Below are positions 12,112-22,800 of a stretch of DNA of 64,000 nucleotides, in pieces; position 1 is the stretch's first letter; every line of letters begins with the position of its first letter. The DNA comes from Bacteroidia bacterium. Lineage in GTDB: Bacteria; Bacteroidota; Bacteroidia; Bacteroidales; CAJPTX01. Location: positions 1,522 through 65,521 of the forward strand of contig JABCPG020000005.1 in assembly GCA_013333195.2 (NCBI GenBank), read 5' to 3'. Position numbers and translations under genes: made by a program. Below the pieces are notes generated by a model that saw only the letters and a program-made list of their open reading frames with translations, made no database searches and was not told where the DNA came from.

Positions 12112-13845
12112 CTATTCCTCCACGTGATAATAATTCAAGAGCGCATTGAGCCGCTCAGCGGTAGCCTGCAAGCCATCCGCGCTGGCAGCCAACTCCTCAC
12201 TGCTGGCTGCATTCCCCTGCGCCACCTCCGTTAGCTCCTGCACAGACGAATTAATTTGATCCGTTCCGATACGCAACTGCTGCACAGCAGCACTCACCTC
12301 CTGGGTAAGTCTACTTGCCTCCTGTAGTTCCGGGGTAATCGCATTAAACTGCTCTTTGGCCGTCTCAGCAATTTTTACTGCGTTTAGCACCATGCTCACC
12401 ACCTCGTCAGCAGCCTTCGCGCTCTGCTCCGCCAACTTACGCACCTCGATAGCTACCACCGCGAACCCTTTACCATACTCCCCCGCCCTTGCCGCCTCAA
12501 CAGCAGCATTCAGGGCCAAGATGTTGGTTTGCCGCGCTATACCATTCATGACCCCTATACGGTCACCAATAGAAGCGATCACCTGAGCGCTCTGCTGGGT
12601 GATCTGATTGAGGCGCGTCAGAGACTCCATACTCTTCGCGTTTATCACTTCGCTTTGCTTCGCATTATCGCTTGTCTGCAGCATACTTGCCGTCATCTCC
12701 TCAACAGTGCTACTCACCTCCTCCGACTCCGAGGCCTGCCGGGAAGCACCCTGAGAAATCGCAGCCGCCGACTGGGTGAGCTGCACATTCGCTTCCATAA
12801 GCGCAGCACCCACCCGGTGCATGGCACTAACGATCTCTCTCAATTTTTCGCCCAACCCACCTACGCTACGAACCATAACACCGATTTCATCGCCACGCTC
12901 CTTCATGCTTCGCGCATCATTCAAACGCACAATCCGCCCATCACGGAAGTTTTCGAGAATGGAAGAAACCGTTTTCACAGGATGCGCCAAATCTTTAGCC
13001 AGCAAACGGAGAAGGAGGAATAGCACAATGGCGACAAGAGCGTAAGCAACACCATACACAAACAATGCCCTCCTTTGGCTCCGCTCAACGATACGTAACT
13101 GAACCTTTTCCGCATTCGCCAACACCGCCTCAATAGCACCTAGACGATCGTACACCAACTCATGCAGCGAAAGAAAGGAGATCATCTGTCGATTCATCTC
13201 TTCGGCGGAATCTCCTAACTTAACCAGTTCCGCCCTTACTGAAGGTGCCTTTTCGCCCACCTCGCTGCAAATGCCCTTCAGCTGGGCCATCATAGAGGCA
13301 TATACATCCTCATCTATCTCTTCCTCATACAGATAACCTAGAATATCCGCTGAGAACATTGCATAGACTCCTATAATATGCCTATCCGCACCTGCCGTTA
13401 CAAGAGCCTCTGCCCCTGCCCTTAACTTCTCTTCCAAAGAAGCAACCTTCGAGCTGCAAATACTATCAGCACTCATATAAGCCTGAAGCAAATCTGACAG
13501 AGAATCGATGAGCGGCGCGATTGGATCGATTGCAGATTGCACCTCATTAGAACTAACCGACATAGAAAGAGAATCGGTTTTGCGCAAGACATCATCAAGG
13601 TAACGCTTCAGCATTCGCTGCTTCTCCGCCTGCCCCTCCTCGCTCCTCGAAGATGCGCCCACGTAGCTAGCGAGCGGCAGTAGCGTGGAGGAAACAGCAG
13701 CCAAATTACTCTGCACACGAATCCTAGCAGAGCTCGATTTGTCAGAATAGACTGCCAGAGCCACAACGGCAGTGAGCAGGAGGAACGAGATAGCACTATA
13801 AATTGCTAACTTTCCCCGTATGTTTAACTTGCGATACAAATTCAT
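12112..13845 (-). CDS. Methyl-accepting chemotaxis protein (third copy, divergent sensor domain)
   Basis: The start was trimmed to the Met at 13845 ([24 protein letters not shown]), giving 577 aa. The signalling core is [40 protein letters not shown]. Confidence 0.88.
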   Translation of the reverse strand: MNLYRKLNIRGKLAIYSAISFLLLTAVVALAVYSDKSSSARIRVQSNLAAVSSTLLPLASYVGASSRSEEGQAEKQRMLKRYLDDVLRKTDSLSMSVSSNEVQSAIDPIAPLIDSLSDLLQAYMSADSICSSKVASLEEKLRAGAEALVTAGADRHIIGVYAMFSADILGYLYEEEIDEDVYASMMAQLKGICSEVGEKAPSVRAELVKLGDSAEEMNRQMISFLSLHELVYDRLGAIEAVLANAEKVQLRIVERSQRRALFVYGVAYALVAIVLFLLLRLLAKDLAHPVKTVSSILENFRDGRIVRLNDARSMKERGDEIGVMVRSVGGLGEKLREIVSAMHRVGAALMEANVQLTQSAAAISQGASRQASESEEVSSTVEEMTASMLQTSDNAKQSEVINAKSMESLTRLNQITQQSAQVIASIGDRIGVMNGIARQTNILALNAAVEAARAGEYGKGFAVVAIEVRKLAEQSAKAADEVVSMVLNAVKIAETAKEQFNAITPELQEASRLTQEVSAAVQQLRIGTDQINSSVQELTEVAQGNAASSEELAASADGLQATAERLNALLNYYHVEE

Positions 13846-14230
13846 GACGTATCCGGGCAAAAGATTATGATTACGCCTCACGAAATTAGTGAAATAACAC
13901 ACAACAAGACGCTACTACAAACGCATTTTAAATTATGCAAAATCCTATCAAAATGAGCCTCAACTGATTGTGCAAAAGAAAAATTTTATTACAATCCCAA
14001 ATCAAGTCAAATTTCGAGTGTCGGTGCGTGAAAATTTTGTTTTCGAATGGGCATAATGCGCGTGAAATGGGAATGCCAAGTGCCGCACGTGAAACGAAAA
14101 GACACTGCGCAGAAATACCAATAAATGATGATGCCCCCATCCTACGCGACTCGTAATTTTGCACCCTGGAGCGGGGTGCGTAAAAACGCACAGATTCCCG
14201 CGTTCGGATAAATAAAAACAGAGTGGACGA

Positions 14231-14992
14231 ATGGATAGAAGAATGAAAGGGATTGTAAAGTTAGCCACCGTGGCTGGGCTAATAGCCATCACGGCAGGCA
14301 CCTCCCATGGGCAGCACGTAGGCGATATATGGTGCTCCGACGGAGAGTACAGGACTCCCAGCGAGTATAAGGCTGCAGCGGGCAGCATAACGGCGAAGGG
14401 CGTTGTCTACTGGATGTCGCCCACCGGGGAGCCTAATGGCAACCGCATGGTGGCACTTAAAGACACAAAAAAGTGGGAAAAGAACAGCGAAGGGAAAGTC
14501 ATCGGGCTAGGCTGGAGTGGAACGGACAACACCGCGGATGAACTCCCGGAGGCGATGGAACTTTCCTACGATGCAGACCAGGAGCCAGGAAGCGAAGTAC
14601 TCGGAGTGCATGGGATTCTACGGAGCGAATGGAACGGTAAATCGAACACCACCACCCTACGCGAGCTGAACGCCCAAGGAAAGCCGTACCCGGCAGCAGC
14701 ATCCATCTCTGACGAGGACTTCACTGCAGGCTGGTTCATGCCGTCAATGCCCGAGCTGGTAATGCTAGCAGCGCAATACCGCGCTGTGGCAGAAGCGCTG
14801 CAAGCTGTAATAGAGAAGGAGGGAGAGACCTTTGCCGCCCAAATGCAATACAGCATGTATTACAGCAGCAGCATAGAGAAAGTGAATAAAGGCGCATTTT
14901 ACCTAAAAGGGTCTGGCGGAATCCGTGTAGATGCAGCATCCGATAGGAAATACGCGATCAATATGGGCGTACGAGCGGTACGCGCATTTTAA
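14231..14992 (+). CDS. Secreted hypothetical protein, DUF1566-like
   Basis: It has an N-terminal signal peptide. The segment GWFMPSMPELVMLAAQY resembles the W-x-LP-x-x-x-EL core of DUF1566. It is paralogous to the N-terminal half of the next gene. Confidence 0.55.
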   Translation: MDRRMKGIVKLATVAGLIAITAGTSHGQHVGDIWCSDGEYRTPSEYKAAAGSITAKGVVYWMSPTGEPNGNRMVALKDTKKWEKNSEGKVIGLGWSGTDNTADELPEAMELSYDADQEPGSEVLGVHGILRSEWNGKSNTTTLRELNAQGKPYPAAASISDEDFTAGWFMPSMPELVMLAAQYRAVAEALQAVIEKEGETFAAQMQYSMYYSSSIEKVNKGAFYLKGSGGIRVDAASDRKYAINMGVRAVRAF

Positions 14993-15030
14993 CCCCAACC
15001 CCAAAAAGAGTAACGATAGGGAAGAAGAAT

Positions 15031-16470
15031 ATGATACGGACGTATAAGCAGCAAGCAACAAAGTGGGTAGCACTACTGATATTCCTGCTAATCAGCGCGC
15101 ACGCATTCATCCCGGCGGCGGCGCAAGAGAAAGGGAAAATAGGGGAACTCGTCACCTTTGAGGATGGGAGCAAGGGGGTGCTTATCCAGGTAGAACGCGA
15201 TGGGCAAAGCGGCTGGGCAATAGCATTAAGGAATGCAGGGACCTTTAGTTGGGCATCTCAGGCGACAGAAACAGCAACGAACGCGCTCAACAAAATCCTC
15301 ACGGAGAGGAGCGAGTCGAAACGTGCGCTTAACGATATGCTTCCCCTGCTGAGAGACACAGCGGGATACGCAGCTACCCAAGCCATTCGTGCGGCAGCAG
15401 GAGGAAATAGGGAGAGCTACCCAGCGGCATTCGCCGTAGACTTCGATCACGGCTGGTATCTACCGACTGCGGGGCAAATGTTCATCGTATATTCACTAGA
15501 ACCATTCATAAAAAAGGCGTTGGAGGATAATGGGGGAGAGGTGATCGCAGGGTCATACTGGACTAGCACACCATACAACGCACGGTGCGCATGGTATCTC
15601 GACGCGCAACTAGGGATATATGAGGATCCCAATGGAGACGGATACAAAACAAAACAATACTTCGTACGCGCCATGCGGCACTGGCAAGCTTCGAAGCCCG
15701 CCAGCACCTACACGCTCGCGTTCGACGGTAACGGCGCCACGGAGGGCGCGATGCAACCGCAAACCGTCAACGTCGGGGAATCCCTCACGCTGCCAAAGAA
15801 CACGTTCAAGCGCAGCGGCTTCGAATTCCTGGGGTGGAGCATGAGCAGCACCGCCACCGAGGCATCCTACACAGATGGGCAGGCCGGGGTAGACCTAGGC
15901 GGGGGAAAGGGCGAGGTTAAAACCCTCTACGCCGTGTGGAAGGCCACGGCTGCGCCCGCCAGCACCTACACGCTCGCGTTCGACGGCAACGGTGCCACGG
16001 AGGGCGCGATGCAACCGCAAACCGTCAACGTCGGGGAATCCCTCACGCTGCCAAAGAACGCGTTCAAGCGCAGCGGCTTCGAATTCCTGGGGTGGAGCAT
16101 GAGCAAAAGTGCATCAACCGCTTCATACACCGACGGGCAAGCCAACGTACTTATAGAAAGCTCGAAAGGCGCGGTTAAAACCCTTTACGCCGTATGGAAA
16201 AAAGGCCAAACATCAACCTCCATCGAGAGCGCACTTCTATCCTCAGCGCAGAGCTTGGTAAACCCGTTCCGCGACTGGCTAACAATCGTGCACCTCAACG
16301 CAGCCAATAGGATTGAAGTCTACAGCATCCTAGGAGAAAAGCTCTACGATAGGGAGTTACAGGGAGCGGAGCGAATGGAAATAGCAACCAGCGAATGGGA
16401 AAGCGGCTTGTATATCGTTAGGATACATGCGAAAGACGGAACGAAGGTTCTTCGAGTAGTAAAACGGTAG
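15031..16470 (+). CDS. T9SS-secreted protein: DUF1566-like domain, two Listeria-Bacteroides-type repeats and a Por C-terminal sorting domain
   Basis: It has a signal peptide and the DUF1566-like segment GWYLPTAGQMFIVYSL. An 86-aa repeat (TYTLAFDGNGATEGAMQPQTVNVGESLTLPKN.FKRSGFEFLGWS...YAVWK) occurs twice. The C-terminus ...IEVYSILGEKLYDRELQGAERMEIATSEWESGLYIVRIHAKDGTKVLRVVKR fits a T9SS CTD. Confidence 0.75.
   Translation: MIRTYKQQATKWVALLIFLLISAHAFIPAAAQEKGKIGELVTFEDGSKGVLIQVERDGQSGWAIALRNAGTFSWASQATETATNALNKILTERSESKRALNDMLPLLRDTAGYAATQAIRAAAGGNRESYPAAFAVDFDHGWYLPTAGQMFIVYSLEPFIKKALEDNGGEVIAGSYWTSTPYNARCAWYLDAQLGIYEDPNGDGYKTKQYFVRAMRHWQASKPASTYTLAFDGNGATEGAMQPQTVNVGESLTLPKNTFKRSGFEFLGWSMSSTATEASYTDGQAGVDLGGGKGEVKTLYAVWKATAAPASTYTLAFDGNGATEGAMQPQTVNVGESLTLPKNAFKRSGFEFLGWSMSKSASTASYTDGQANVLIESSKGAVKTLYAVWKKGQTSTSIESALLSSAQSLVNPFRDWLTIVHLNAANRIEVYSILGEKLYDRELQGAERMEIATSEWESGLYIVRIHAKDGTKVLRVVKR
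15696..16211 (+). repeat. Intragenic tandem duplication, period 258 nt, two copies
   Basis: The first roughly 153 nt of each copy (15696.. and 15954..) differ at only 3 positions by eye. The remainder of each unit is much more diverged. Confidence 0.85.
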
Positions 16471-16491
16471 TAATCGACGCACCTAATAAAC

Positions 16492-16529
16492 GCGCGCCAC
16501 CACTGCAAGGCAGTGATGGCGCGCTTTTT
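16492..16529. terminator. Terminator hairpin between convergent genes
   Basis: GCGCGCCACCACTG (16492-16505) pairs with CAGTGATGGCGCGC (16511-16524) with one mismatch, followed by TTTTT. It sits between the stops at 16470 (+) and 16542 (-). Confidence 0.75.
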
Positions 16530-16541
16530 ACAAGTCAGACG

Positions 16542-19478
16542 CTACTCTTCTAGAGAAATTGCGAAGAACCCATGCTCCGCACGCCTCGAGAACTTACGGA
16601 AACAGGAACGTAACATCTGGGGCGTTATGCTCGTGAGTACGACTTCATAGCTATCAAGCTCATCAAACGTTGCGCCTTCTTCCACCGAATTAACGAGCCA
16701 ATCCCTCCAAGCGGTAACCGCGTAGGGGGTAAGCTCACGCCCCTTAGATGCTAGGAAAGCCTGCCTGTACCCATTCAACCTCTCGTAAGAAATCTCTTTC
16801 TTTGCTAAAGCCCGCAATGCCGCTTCCGACGCGCCACGCGCCTTGCTAAGTTGGCTAGCATCGCAATCACCATCAACGATCAATGCAAAGGTTTTCGAAC
16901 CCATCATGTCATAGCGGATGGAGACAAAAGGAGAATAAACTATTTGCTGCTCCATCCGGAGCGTACGCAACGCCTCGTCCTGCAACGCATCGCGCATGAG
17001 TTTCAAAAGAAGCGATCCTCGTAAACCTCCCTCAAACACATCGCCCCTCCAGAATGAAATGAATGTCGCCAACCCTTCTTTTGGCGATTCGAACGGTCGC
17101 TTCGGCTTCCACTTAATGGATTTTCCAGAATTCTCCGCCTCCTTATACCGTAAGTCAAAATTCTTTGCGAAGGTCGCAGCGATTGTATCCTCCCCCATAG
17201 GTCCAATGGCAATGATCTGCAGGCCCTCTCCAATAGTAAAAAGAGACTCGTAGTAACTACTCAACTTCTGAATATCCACCTGCTGCCACACATCTGCAGA
17301 TGGGTCGTCCACGCTAAATTTCGGGTCAACAAGGCGAGTGGTAAATGCGTTGATGCGCTGCGCAGGGAGCAGCGCACGCTTAGCAGCCACATCACGGCGC
17401 GCACCTCGAATGGACTCCATGCGCAGAGAATCGAACGCAACGGTGTCCCACGAAACATTTACTAACCTATCACGCAGCATACGCACAGCCAGGTCCAACC
17501 GTCGGCTAGGGCAAACCATCATAACACGGTGGGCTGCCGGCCCACTGATAAAAAGCTGAGAAATCCCTTCTTGGTAGAATATGCTATCCTGGGCAGAAAG
17601 CGGCAGCTGCCCGGCTATACTCAATTCGAAAGCGCTACCCAAAGCCTCTTGAACCGCGCGAGGATACAAAGAGGTATCCAGGAGCCCACCGCGCCACGAA
17701 GCCACTACGTAGACCGTACTGTCATCGGTATCCATTCGCTTCGCCAGAATGGGAATCCCGCTGTTAATCCGGTAAAGCGTAGCGTTAAGCGTTGGGAAAT
17801 GCTTAATACGGCTCGGCTCCGAATCTGGCAAAAGGGGATTTAAATAGCGGTTGGGAATGTTTATCTTTCTCCCTTCTCGCTGCTCCTCCCGATGAGATAG
17901 AACGGCCGAAACCGAAGAATCCGAAGCCATACGCTCCGCCTTCGCAATGGAAATCGCAAGTTGGTGGTTCTCCAAACTACCCCCTTCTACATCAGCCACT
18001 AGAGGCATACCCTGTGGCACAACGGCCTGCAGCATTCGGCGCCATGCCGTAGAATCCATCCTGCTTATAGTATCGCGAAGCCACGCCACCTCCAGTTCCG
18101 AGGCACCCCCCTCAACCTCCACAAGCGCTTCATCCACCATCCTGTCGGCAGCTTCAACCGCCAGAGTGGGTAAGGAAACCTGTTCAGCTATACTCAGAGC
18201 CTTATCCCGTAGCAGGAGAAAAAGCTTCGAATCGTTGCAATGGCGAGCAATCCCATAAACAACGCTCAGGGCGCGCAGCACAGCGGTATCAAGCCGTGCC
18301 GCGGCATGGTAGGATCCTTCCAGGCTAATGAATCCCTCGCGGTTAAGATACCAATCAACGCTAAAGCTCATTCTACTACCATGCAGATGGAGCTGGCTAT
18401 TGATAACCGAAGCGCAGGTCTGAATGCACACATTGCGCAACCAGTCGCCGCAAGAGGTCTGGACTCCGTACCTGTATGGCCAGTAAAGACTCACCCTACA
18501 AAGACTATCCTCCGCTACAGGCGTGGCTGAAAAGCTGGGTACATGCGTCAAAAAAATATCGAGATTCGGTTGCTCTACCAGCTCCCTCGGCGCAGGGATA
18601 TCCGCCAGCATCGCCTTCGCCAGCCGGTAGCACTCGGCTGTATCTATGGGGCCCGCCACGATTAGCGTCGCCGCACTCGGCGAATAGTGCCGTCGATAAA
18701 AATGGGCGAGACGCTGTTCGTCGATCCGCTGCACCCGCTCGTGCCGCCCGATTGGAAAACGGGAGTAAAGGGGATTTCCCGCTAACTTCGCCTTGCTCAA
18801 TGGGTCTGCTGAAGCAAAATCAGCAATTTCCCGAGCGATGACTCCCCTTTCGCGCTCCACATGCTGCCGTTGAAATTGCATTTCAAACATCCAATGGCGC
18901 ACAACCCGCAACGCTTGCAGCATGGCAGAATCATCGCCGGAAGGGATGGAAAAGGAATAAACCGTACGGTCATACCCAGTATACGCGTTGAAATCCGAGC
19001 CGTAACGGTTCCCATACCCTGTTAGCGCGCGCATAATCCACTCGGGAGCAAAGGCCATGTGCTCAATGAAATGCGCCACACCTTCATCTGCATCCGACTC
19101 GTGCGCAGACCCAACCCGCATTACCAAGCGCACCTCCGTTCGCTCTTGCACCCCATTCCGTGTTGGGTAAAGCGCAAGCGTAAACCCATTGGGCAACGTG
19201 TAGCTCTTACCTAACGGCGTAAGGGCAGATTCCGAACGCAAAGGCACCTCGCCAAAAACGTCCACAGGCCATAGGAGCAGGAATGAAATAGGCAGAAGGC
19301 TAAGCCTCCGTCGCACCCATAGCGCAAACACCAGTAGATTTACGCAAGATTTACAAGTGGCATTCATCAATCGTACACATAGTTTTAAATTACCGCGGAG
19401 GCAATGCGCATATACAGCGCAACGACCCTCGCAACCCTGCGCCGCGGGCAGCATTTCCATAAAATCCATCACCTCCAT
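16542..19478 (-). CDS. M16-family (insulinase/pitrilysin-like) zinc peptidase, double-length form
   Basis: It has the inverted zincin motif HFIEHMAF (HxxEH) near the N-terminus and about 940-978 aa spanning two M16 halves. The start is uncertain: the Met at 19367 (MNATCKS...) immediately precedes the signal-like hydrophobic segment. Confidence 0.85.
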   Translation of the reverse strand: MEVMDFMEMLPAAQGCEGRCAVYAHCLRGNLKLCVRLMNATCKSCVNLLVFALWVRRRLSLLPISFLLLWPVDVFGEVPLRSESALTPLGKSYTLPNGFTLALYPTRNGVQERTEVRLVMRVGSAHESDADEGVAHFIEHMAFAPEWIMRALTGYGNRYGSDFNAYTGYDRTVYSFSIPSGDDSAMLQALRVVRHWMFEMQFQRQHVERERGVIAREIADFASADPLSKAKLAGNPLYSRFPIGRHERVQRIDEQRLAHFYRRHYSPSAATLIVAGPIDTAECYRLAKAMLADIPAPRELVEQPNLDIFLTHVPSFSATPVAEDSLCRVSLYWPYRYGVQTSCGDWLRNVCIQTCASVINSQLHLHGSRMSFSVDWYLNREGFISLEGSYHAAARLDTAVLRALSVVYGIARHCNDSKLFLLLRDKALSIAEQVSLPTLAVEAADRMVDEALVEVEGGASELEVAWLRDTISRMDSTAWRRMLQAVVPQGMPLVADVEGGSLENHQLAISIAKAERMASDSSVSAVLSHREEQREGRKINIPNRYLNPLLPDSEPSRIKHFPTLNATLYRINSGIPILAKRMDTDDSTVYVVASWRGGLLDTSLYPRAVQEALGSAFELSIAGQLPLSAQDSIFYQEGISQLFISGPAAHRVMMVCPSRRLDLAVRMLRDRLVNVSWDTVAFDSLRMESIRGARRDVAAKRALLPAQRINAFTTRLVDPKFSVDDPSADVWQQVDIQKLSSYYESLFTIGEGLQIIAIGPMGEDTIAATFAKNFDLRYKEAENSGKSIKWKPKRPFESPKEGLATFISFWRGDVFEGGLRGSLLLKLMRDALQDEALRTLRMEQQIVYSPFVSIRYDMMGSKTFALIVDGDCDASQLSKARGASEAALRALAKKEISYERLNGYRQAFLASKGRELTPYAVTAWRDWLVNSVEEGATFDELDSYEVVLTSITPQMLRSCFRKFSRRAEHGFFAISLEE

Positions 19479-19744
19479 CAGGGCGCGAATGTCGGCATAA
19501 TCGGTGTGCTAGAACACTTTCGAAAACATCTTTCTCGATTGTCTCTCCCTACGAACACCCCATAAAGCTCAAAGTAAAAAGGAACTAACAGGGGGAACGG
19601 GTACAGATTTCCTACTAAACCGCTGTAAAAATATCACAACTATTGGGGGGGTGCGACAAATAGAAAATGTCGTTACTTCGCGGCAACATCTCTTAATAGA
19701 ATGTTCAAGTTCTTTTCATCAACGCGCATACCCCCTTTTATAAT

Positions 19745-22700
19745 GTGAAATCTTTACGTCGATACCTTCGGATATTCTTAGCGATGCAAGCCTGCGTGTT
19801 GGCATCGGTGTGCCTCTTACGGGCGCAGTATGTAACAGGCGTAGTGAAAGATGCCAAAGGTCCCGTTGAGGGTGCCTACATACGCTTCTCACCGCGCGGT
19901 GGTGCCACGGTGAGCGACCAGGATGGGCGATACAAGCTACGCGTACCTGAGAACCACGATTCGCTGCGATTAATATGCCAATGCATAGGGTATAGCACCC
20001 GCAACGTAGCGTACAACGGTGGGCTCAAAGTGGACTTCTTCCTCACTGAGGAATCAACGGACATCCAGCAGGTCGTGGTACGTTCAAAGGCCAACATCAA
20101 CGCCGTCGATGTGCGCACGCGCACCGGGAACGTAGAGAAGGTCAATCTGCAAACCGTGCAATCCAAGCCCGCATCTAATCTCGGGCAAGCATTGCAGGGG
20201 ATGATACCAGGCCTACAGGTAACCACGAAAGGCTCGCTCGGCACCCCCCCGGAAATACGGGTTCGCGGAACCTCCTCATTTCGAAGCGGCAACGCGGCCA
20301 ATCAACCGCTCTACGTGCTGGATGGGCAAATCATCTCGGCGGAAACGTTCCTCATGCTCAACCCGGAAGATTTAGGAGAGATAAAAATCCTTAAAGATGC
20401 TGTGGGCACCGCGCTGTACGGCATTCGCGCAGCCAACGGCGTGGTAGAAATCAGCAGCCAACGCTTCACAGGCGAGGAGCTACGGGTAAGCTACCGCGGG
20501 GAAGCGGGTGTTACGTTCCGAGGAAAACGCCCCGTGGAAATGATGGATAGCGAGGAAAAGTTAGAGCTTGAACGATTGCTCAAAGCAACCTCCGCCCCGG
20601 GCTACTTCTACAGCGAGGAGCGTATACGCAAGGAGTACCCTGGCGACCCCGATATTGAAAATAGAGTTGCAACCGGGCGGCGCATACTCGACTCACTCAG
20701 GAACGTACACACCGATTGGTACAGAGAGCTAGTACGGCCTAGCTACTACCACCGTCACACCCTATCGCTGCGCGGTGGCAAGGATCGAACCGCGTACAAC
20801 CTCTCCGCCGGATTCATGCAGCAGGGGGGACAACTCGATGGGAATAGCACGCTGCGCGGCACCATGCGCCTCGGCGTAGAGCAACGCTTCAATGAGAGCG
20901 CGGTGATGGCATTGACGGTAAGCGGAGGGTACGCCCGCGTAGAAACGCCATGGGGGAGCAATTACAACCCAATCGAAATGGTGTACAAGCTCAACCCGTA
21001 CGAGAGCAAAGACTCCCCCTCGCTTTGGTCCTACGGCAGAGGGCAGCGGTACAACGATCTCGTGGGGCAGTTTAAAAAGCAGGGGGAAACGAAGAATATC
21101 GGTGCATTCTCTAGCTTCAACTGGAGAATCGTGGGGGGGCTAACGCTTGACGCTACCTGCGGTCTAGATCTATCGCTGGATGAGAACCTACTCGTCACGC
21201 CTCCCACAGCCTACAGCGAAATCAGTAGCGGCGTAAGCCCGGAGCAGCGAGGCGCGCTGCAGCAGAGTAAAAGCGTCAACCTCAACGTCACCTCTGGGCT
21301 CCGCCTCGGCTACACCAACACGTGGGGCATCCATGAATTCACCGCGGGGGGTGATGTAGACTTCCACACGGATATGCGCGACGAGCTAGGCGTGAAGGGG
21401 TATGGGCTTTCAGGGAATATCATGTCCGCCGCTGCCATTGATAACTCGCTAACAGGCGCCAGACGCCCCTCTACGTACGCAACCAAATACACGCACCGCG
21501 ATATTGGCCTAGGGCTTTTGGTGGGATACACATTGCTGGGACAATACGATATCTTCGGCTCAGTGAAATTTGATGCCTCCTCGCTCTTACCCAAAGCGCA
21601 ACGCTGGAACCAAGCGTGGGCGGTAGGCATAGGCTGGGATATAAAGGGGTATCCCGTGGTTAAAAATCTCACGTGGCTCTCCACCCTCAAACTGCGTGCC
21701 TCCATGGGGTATACCGCAAACCTTAACGGCGTCTCAGCGGCAAGCACAATAAACACATTCACCTACGACAACACCACCTACGCCCACATCCGGCCCATGA
21801 CGCTCGAGGCGCTCGCAAACCTAGGGCTAAAGGCAGAGCAGAACGAAATCTACGACATCGGCCTCTCGCTAGGTTTCCCAAGAGTAACCCTCTCCGTATC
21901 GGCGTACCGCCGTATTACAAAGGAGGCCCTGCTCGACGTCCCCATCCCTCCAAGCCTCGGATTCTCCACGCAGCTACAAAATATCGGTTCGCTACGCAAC
22001 GAGGGGATCGAGCTAAACGCGCAAATCAACGCGGTAGATCTCGATAACTGGAGATTATCGTTTTCCGGCAACATGAGCTACAACCGTAGCAAAGTCCTAT
22101 ACCTCAATGGAAAACCACGCATCTACTCTTCGCTCGAGGCGGTGGTGCCCGACTACGAGGTTGGGCAACCCATTGATGGGCTCTGGGGCCTCGAATGCCT
22201 AGGCATCAATCCCCTGCATGGCTACCCCGTGTACAAGGACCATGAGGACCAAGAGCAGAATGTTTACCACACGTTCCTTCGCGAAGATTACATCTGGCTA
22301 GGGCACGCCACCCCCCCCATTTCCGGCGGGTTCTCCATCTCCTGCGGCTGGAAGAACGTATCGCTCGATTGCAACTTCTACTACTGCGCGGGGGCCAAAC
22401 GCATGATCTCGTACGCCTACGTGCGCGACGCCTCGAATGCCAATCAGAACGCGATAAAAAACCAGGTTCAAAACACCTGGTGGCAACTCGGCGACGAGGG
22501 AAAAATCTACCCAGACCCCAATATGCTCTCGTTAGGCTATGACAACGTGCGCAACGTGCCCAACACACGGACCGTACGTCGCACCGACTTCATCAGGCTC
22601 TCCGGCATCTCGCTCAGGTATCGCTTTGATGAACGGTTCCTTAACCTCATGCACAACGTGATTTCATATGGACACTTCGCGTTGCACGCAGCCAACCTCT

Positions 22701-22798
22701 TTACAATCACTCCATTCATGGGGGGCGACCCCGAAACGGGGAACCTCGTGGCCCCGCTAGCGCCCGTTCTCACCTTTAACCTATCTTTAAACTTCTAG
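19745..22798 (+). CDS. SusC/RagA-family TonB-dependent outer-membrane receptor
   Basis: 1017 aa with a GTG start. After the signal peptide comes a carboxypeptidase-regulatory-like domain (YVTGVVKDAKGPVEGAYIRF), then a plug region (LQGMIPGLQV, PLYVLDG, VEI) and an aromatic C-terminal residue (F). A SusD-like gene follows directly. Confidence 0.9.
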   Translation: MKSLRRYLRIFLAMQACVLASVCLLRAQYVTGVVKDAKGPVEGAYIRFSPRGGATVSDQDGRYKLRVPENHDSLRLICQCIGYSTRNVAYNGGLKVDFFLTEESTDIQQVVVRSKANINAVDVRTRTGNVEKVNLQTVQSKPASNLGQALQGMIPGLQVTTKGSLGTPPEIRVRGTSSFRSGNAANQPLYVLDGQIISAETFLMLNPEDLGEIKILKDAVGTALYGIRAANGVVEISSQRFTGEELRVSYRGEAGVTFRGKRPVEMMDSEEKLELERLLKATSAPGYFYSEERIRKEYPGDPDIENRVATGRRILDSLRNVHTDWYRELVRPSYYHRHTLSLRGGKDRTAYNLSAGFMQQGGQLDGNSTLRGTMRLGVEQRFNESAVMALTVSGGYARVETPWGSNYNPIEMVYKLNPYESKDSPSLWSYGRGQRYNDLVGQFKKQGETKNIGAFSSFNWRIVGGLTLDATCGLDLSLDENLLVTPPTAYSEISSGVSPEQRGALQQSKSVNLNVTSGLRLGYTNTWGIHEFTAGGDVDFHTDMRDELGVKGYGLSGNIMSAAAIDNSLTGARRPSTYATKYTHRDIGLGLLVGYTLLGQYDIFGSVKFDASSLLPKAQRWNQAWAVGIGWDIKGYPVVKNLTWLSTLKLRASMGYTANLNGVSAASTINTFTYDNTTYAHIRPMTLEALANLGLKAEQNEIYDIGLSLGFPRVTLSVSAYRRITKEALLDVPIPPSLGFSTQLQNIGSLRNEGIELNAQINAVDLDNWRLSFSGNMSYNRSKVLYLNGKPRIYSSLEAVVPDYEVGQPIDGLWGLECLGINPLHGYPVYKDHEDQEQNVYHTFLREDYIWLGHATPPISGGFSISCGWKNVSLDCNFYYCAGAKRMISYAYVRDASNANQNAIKNQVQNTWWQLGDEGKIYPDPNMLSLGYDNVRNVPNTRTVRRTDFIRLSGISLRYRFDERFLNLMHNVISYGHFALHAANLFTITPFMGGDPETGNLVAPLAPVLTFNLSLNF

Positions 22799-22800
22799 CC

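Noticed and set aside
14081-14096. parS-like sequence TGCCGCACGTGAAACG in the MCP3 / DUF1566 divergent intergenic region.
   Set aside because: Only the core and right arm match (12/16) and the left arm is not conserved. This is probably a chance half-site. It is worth including only in a genome-wide parS scan.
19585-19650. Cobalamin-riboswitch-like fragments upstream of the SusC-type receptor (GGGAACGGGTACAGATTTCC...ACCGCTGTAA), which would have fitted a corrinoid locus.
   Set aside because: Only scattered matches to the B12-element core (GGGAA, GGT, CCGC-TGT) are present. The hairpin that normally follows GGGAA is absent, and no GCCACTG B12 box or GGGAAG closing element is seen. It cannot be supported without a covariance-model search.
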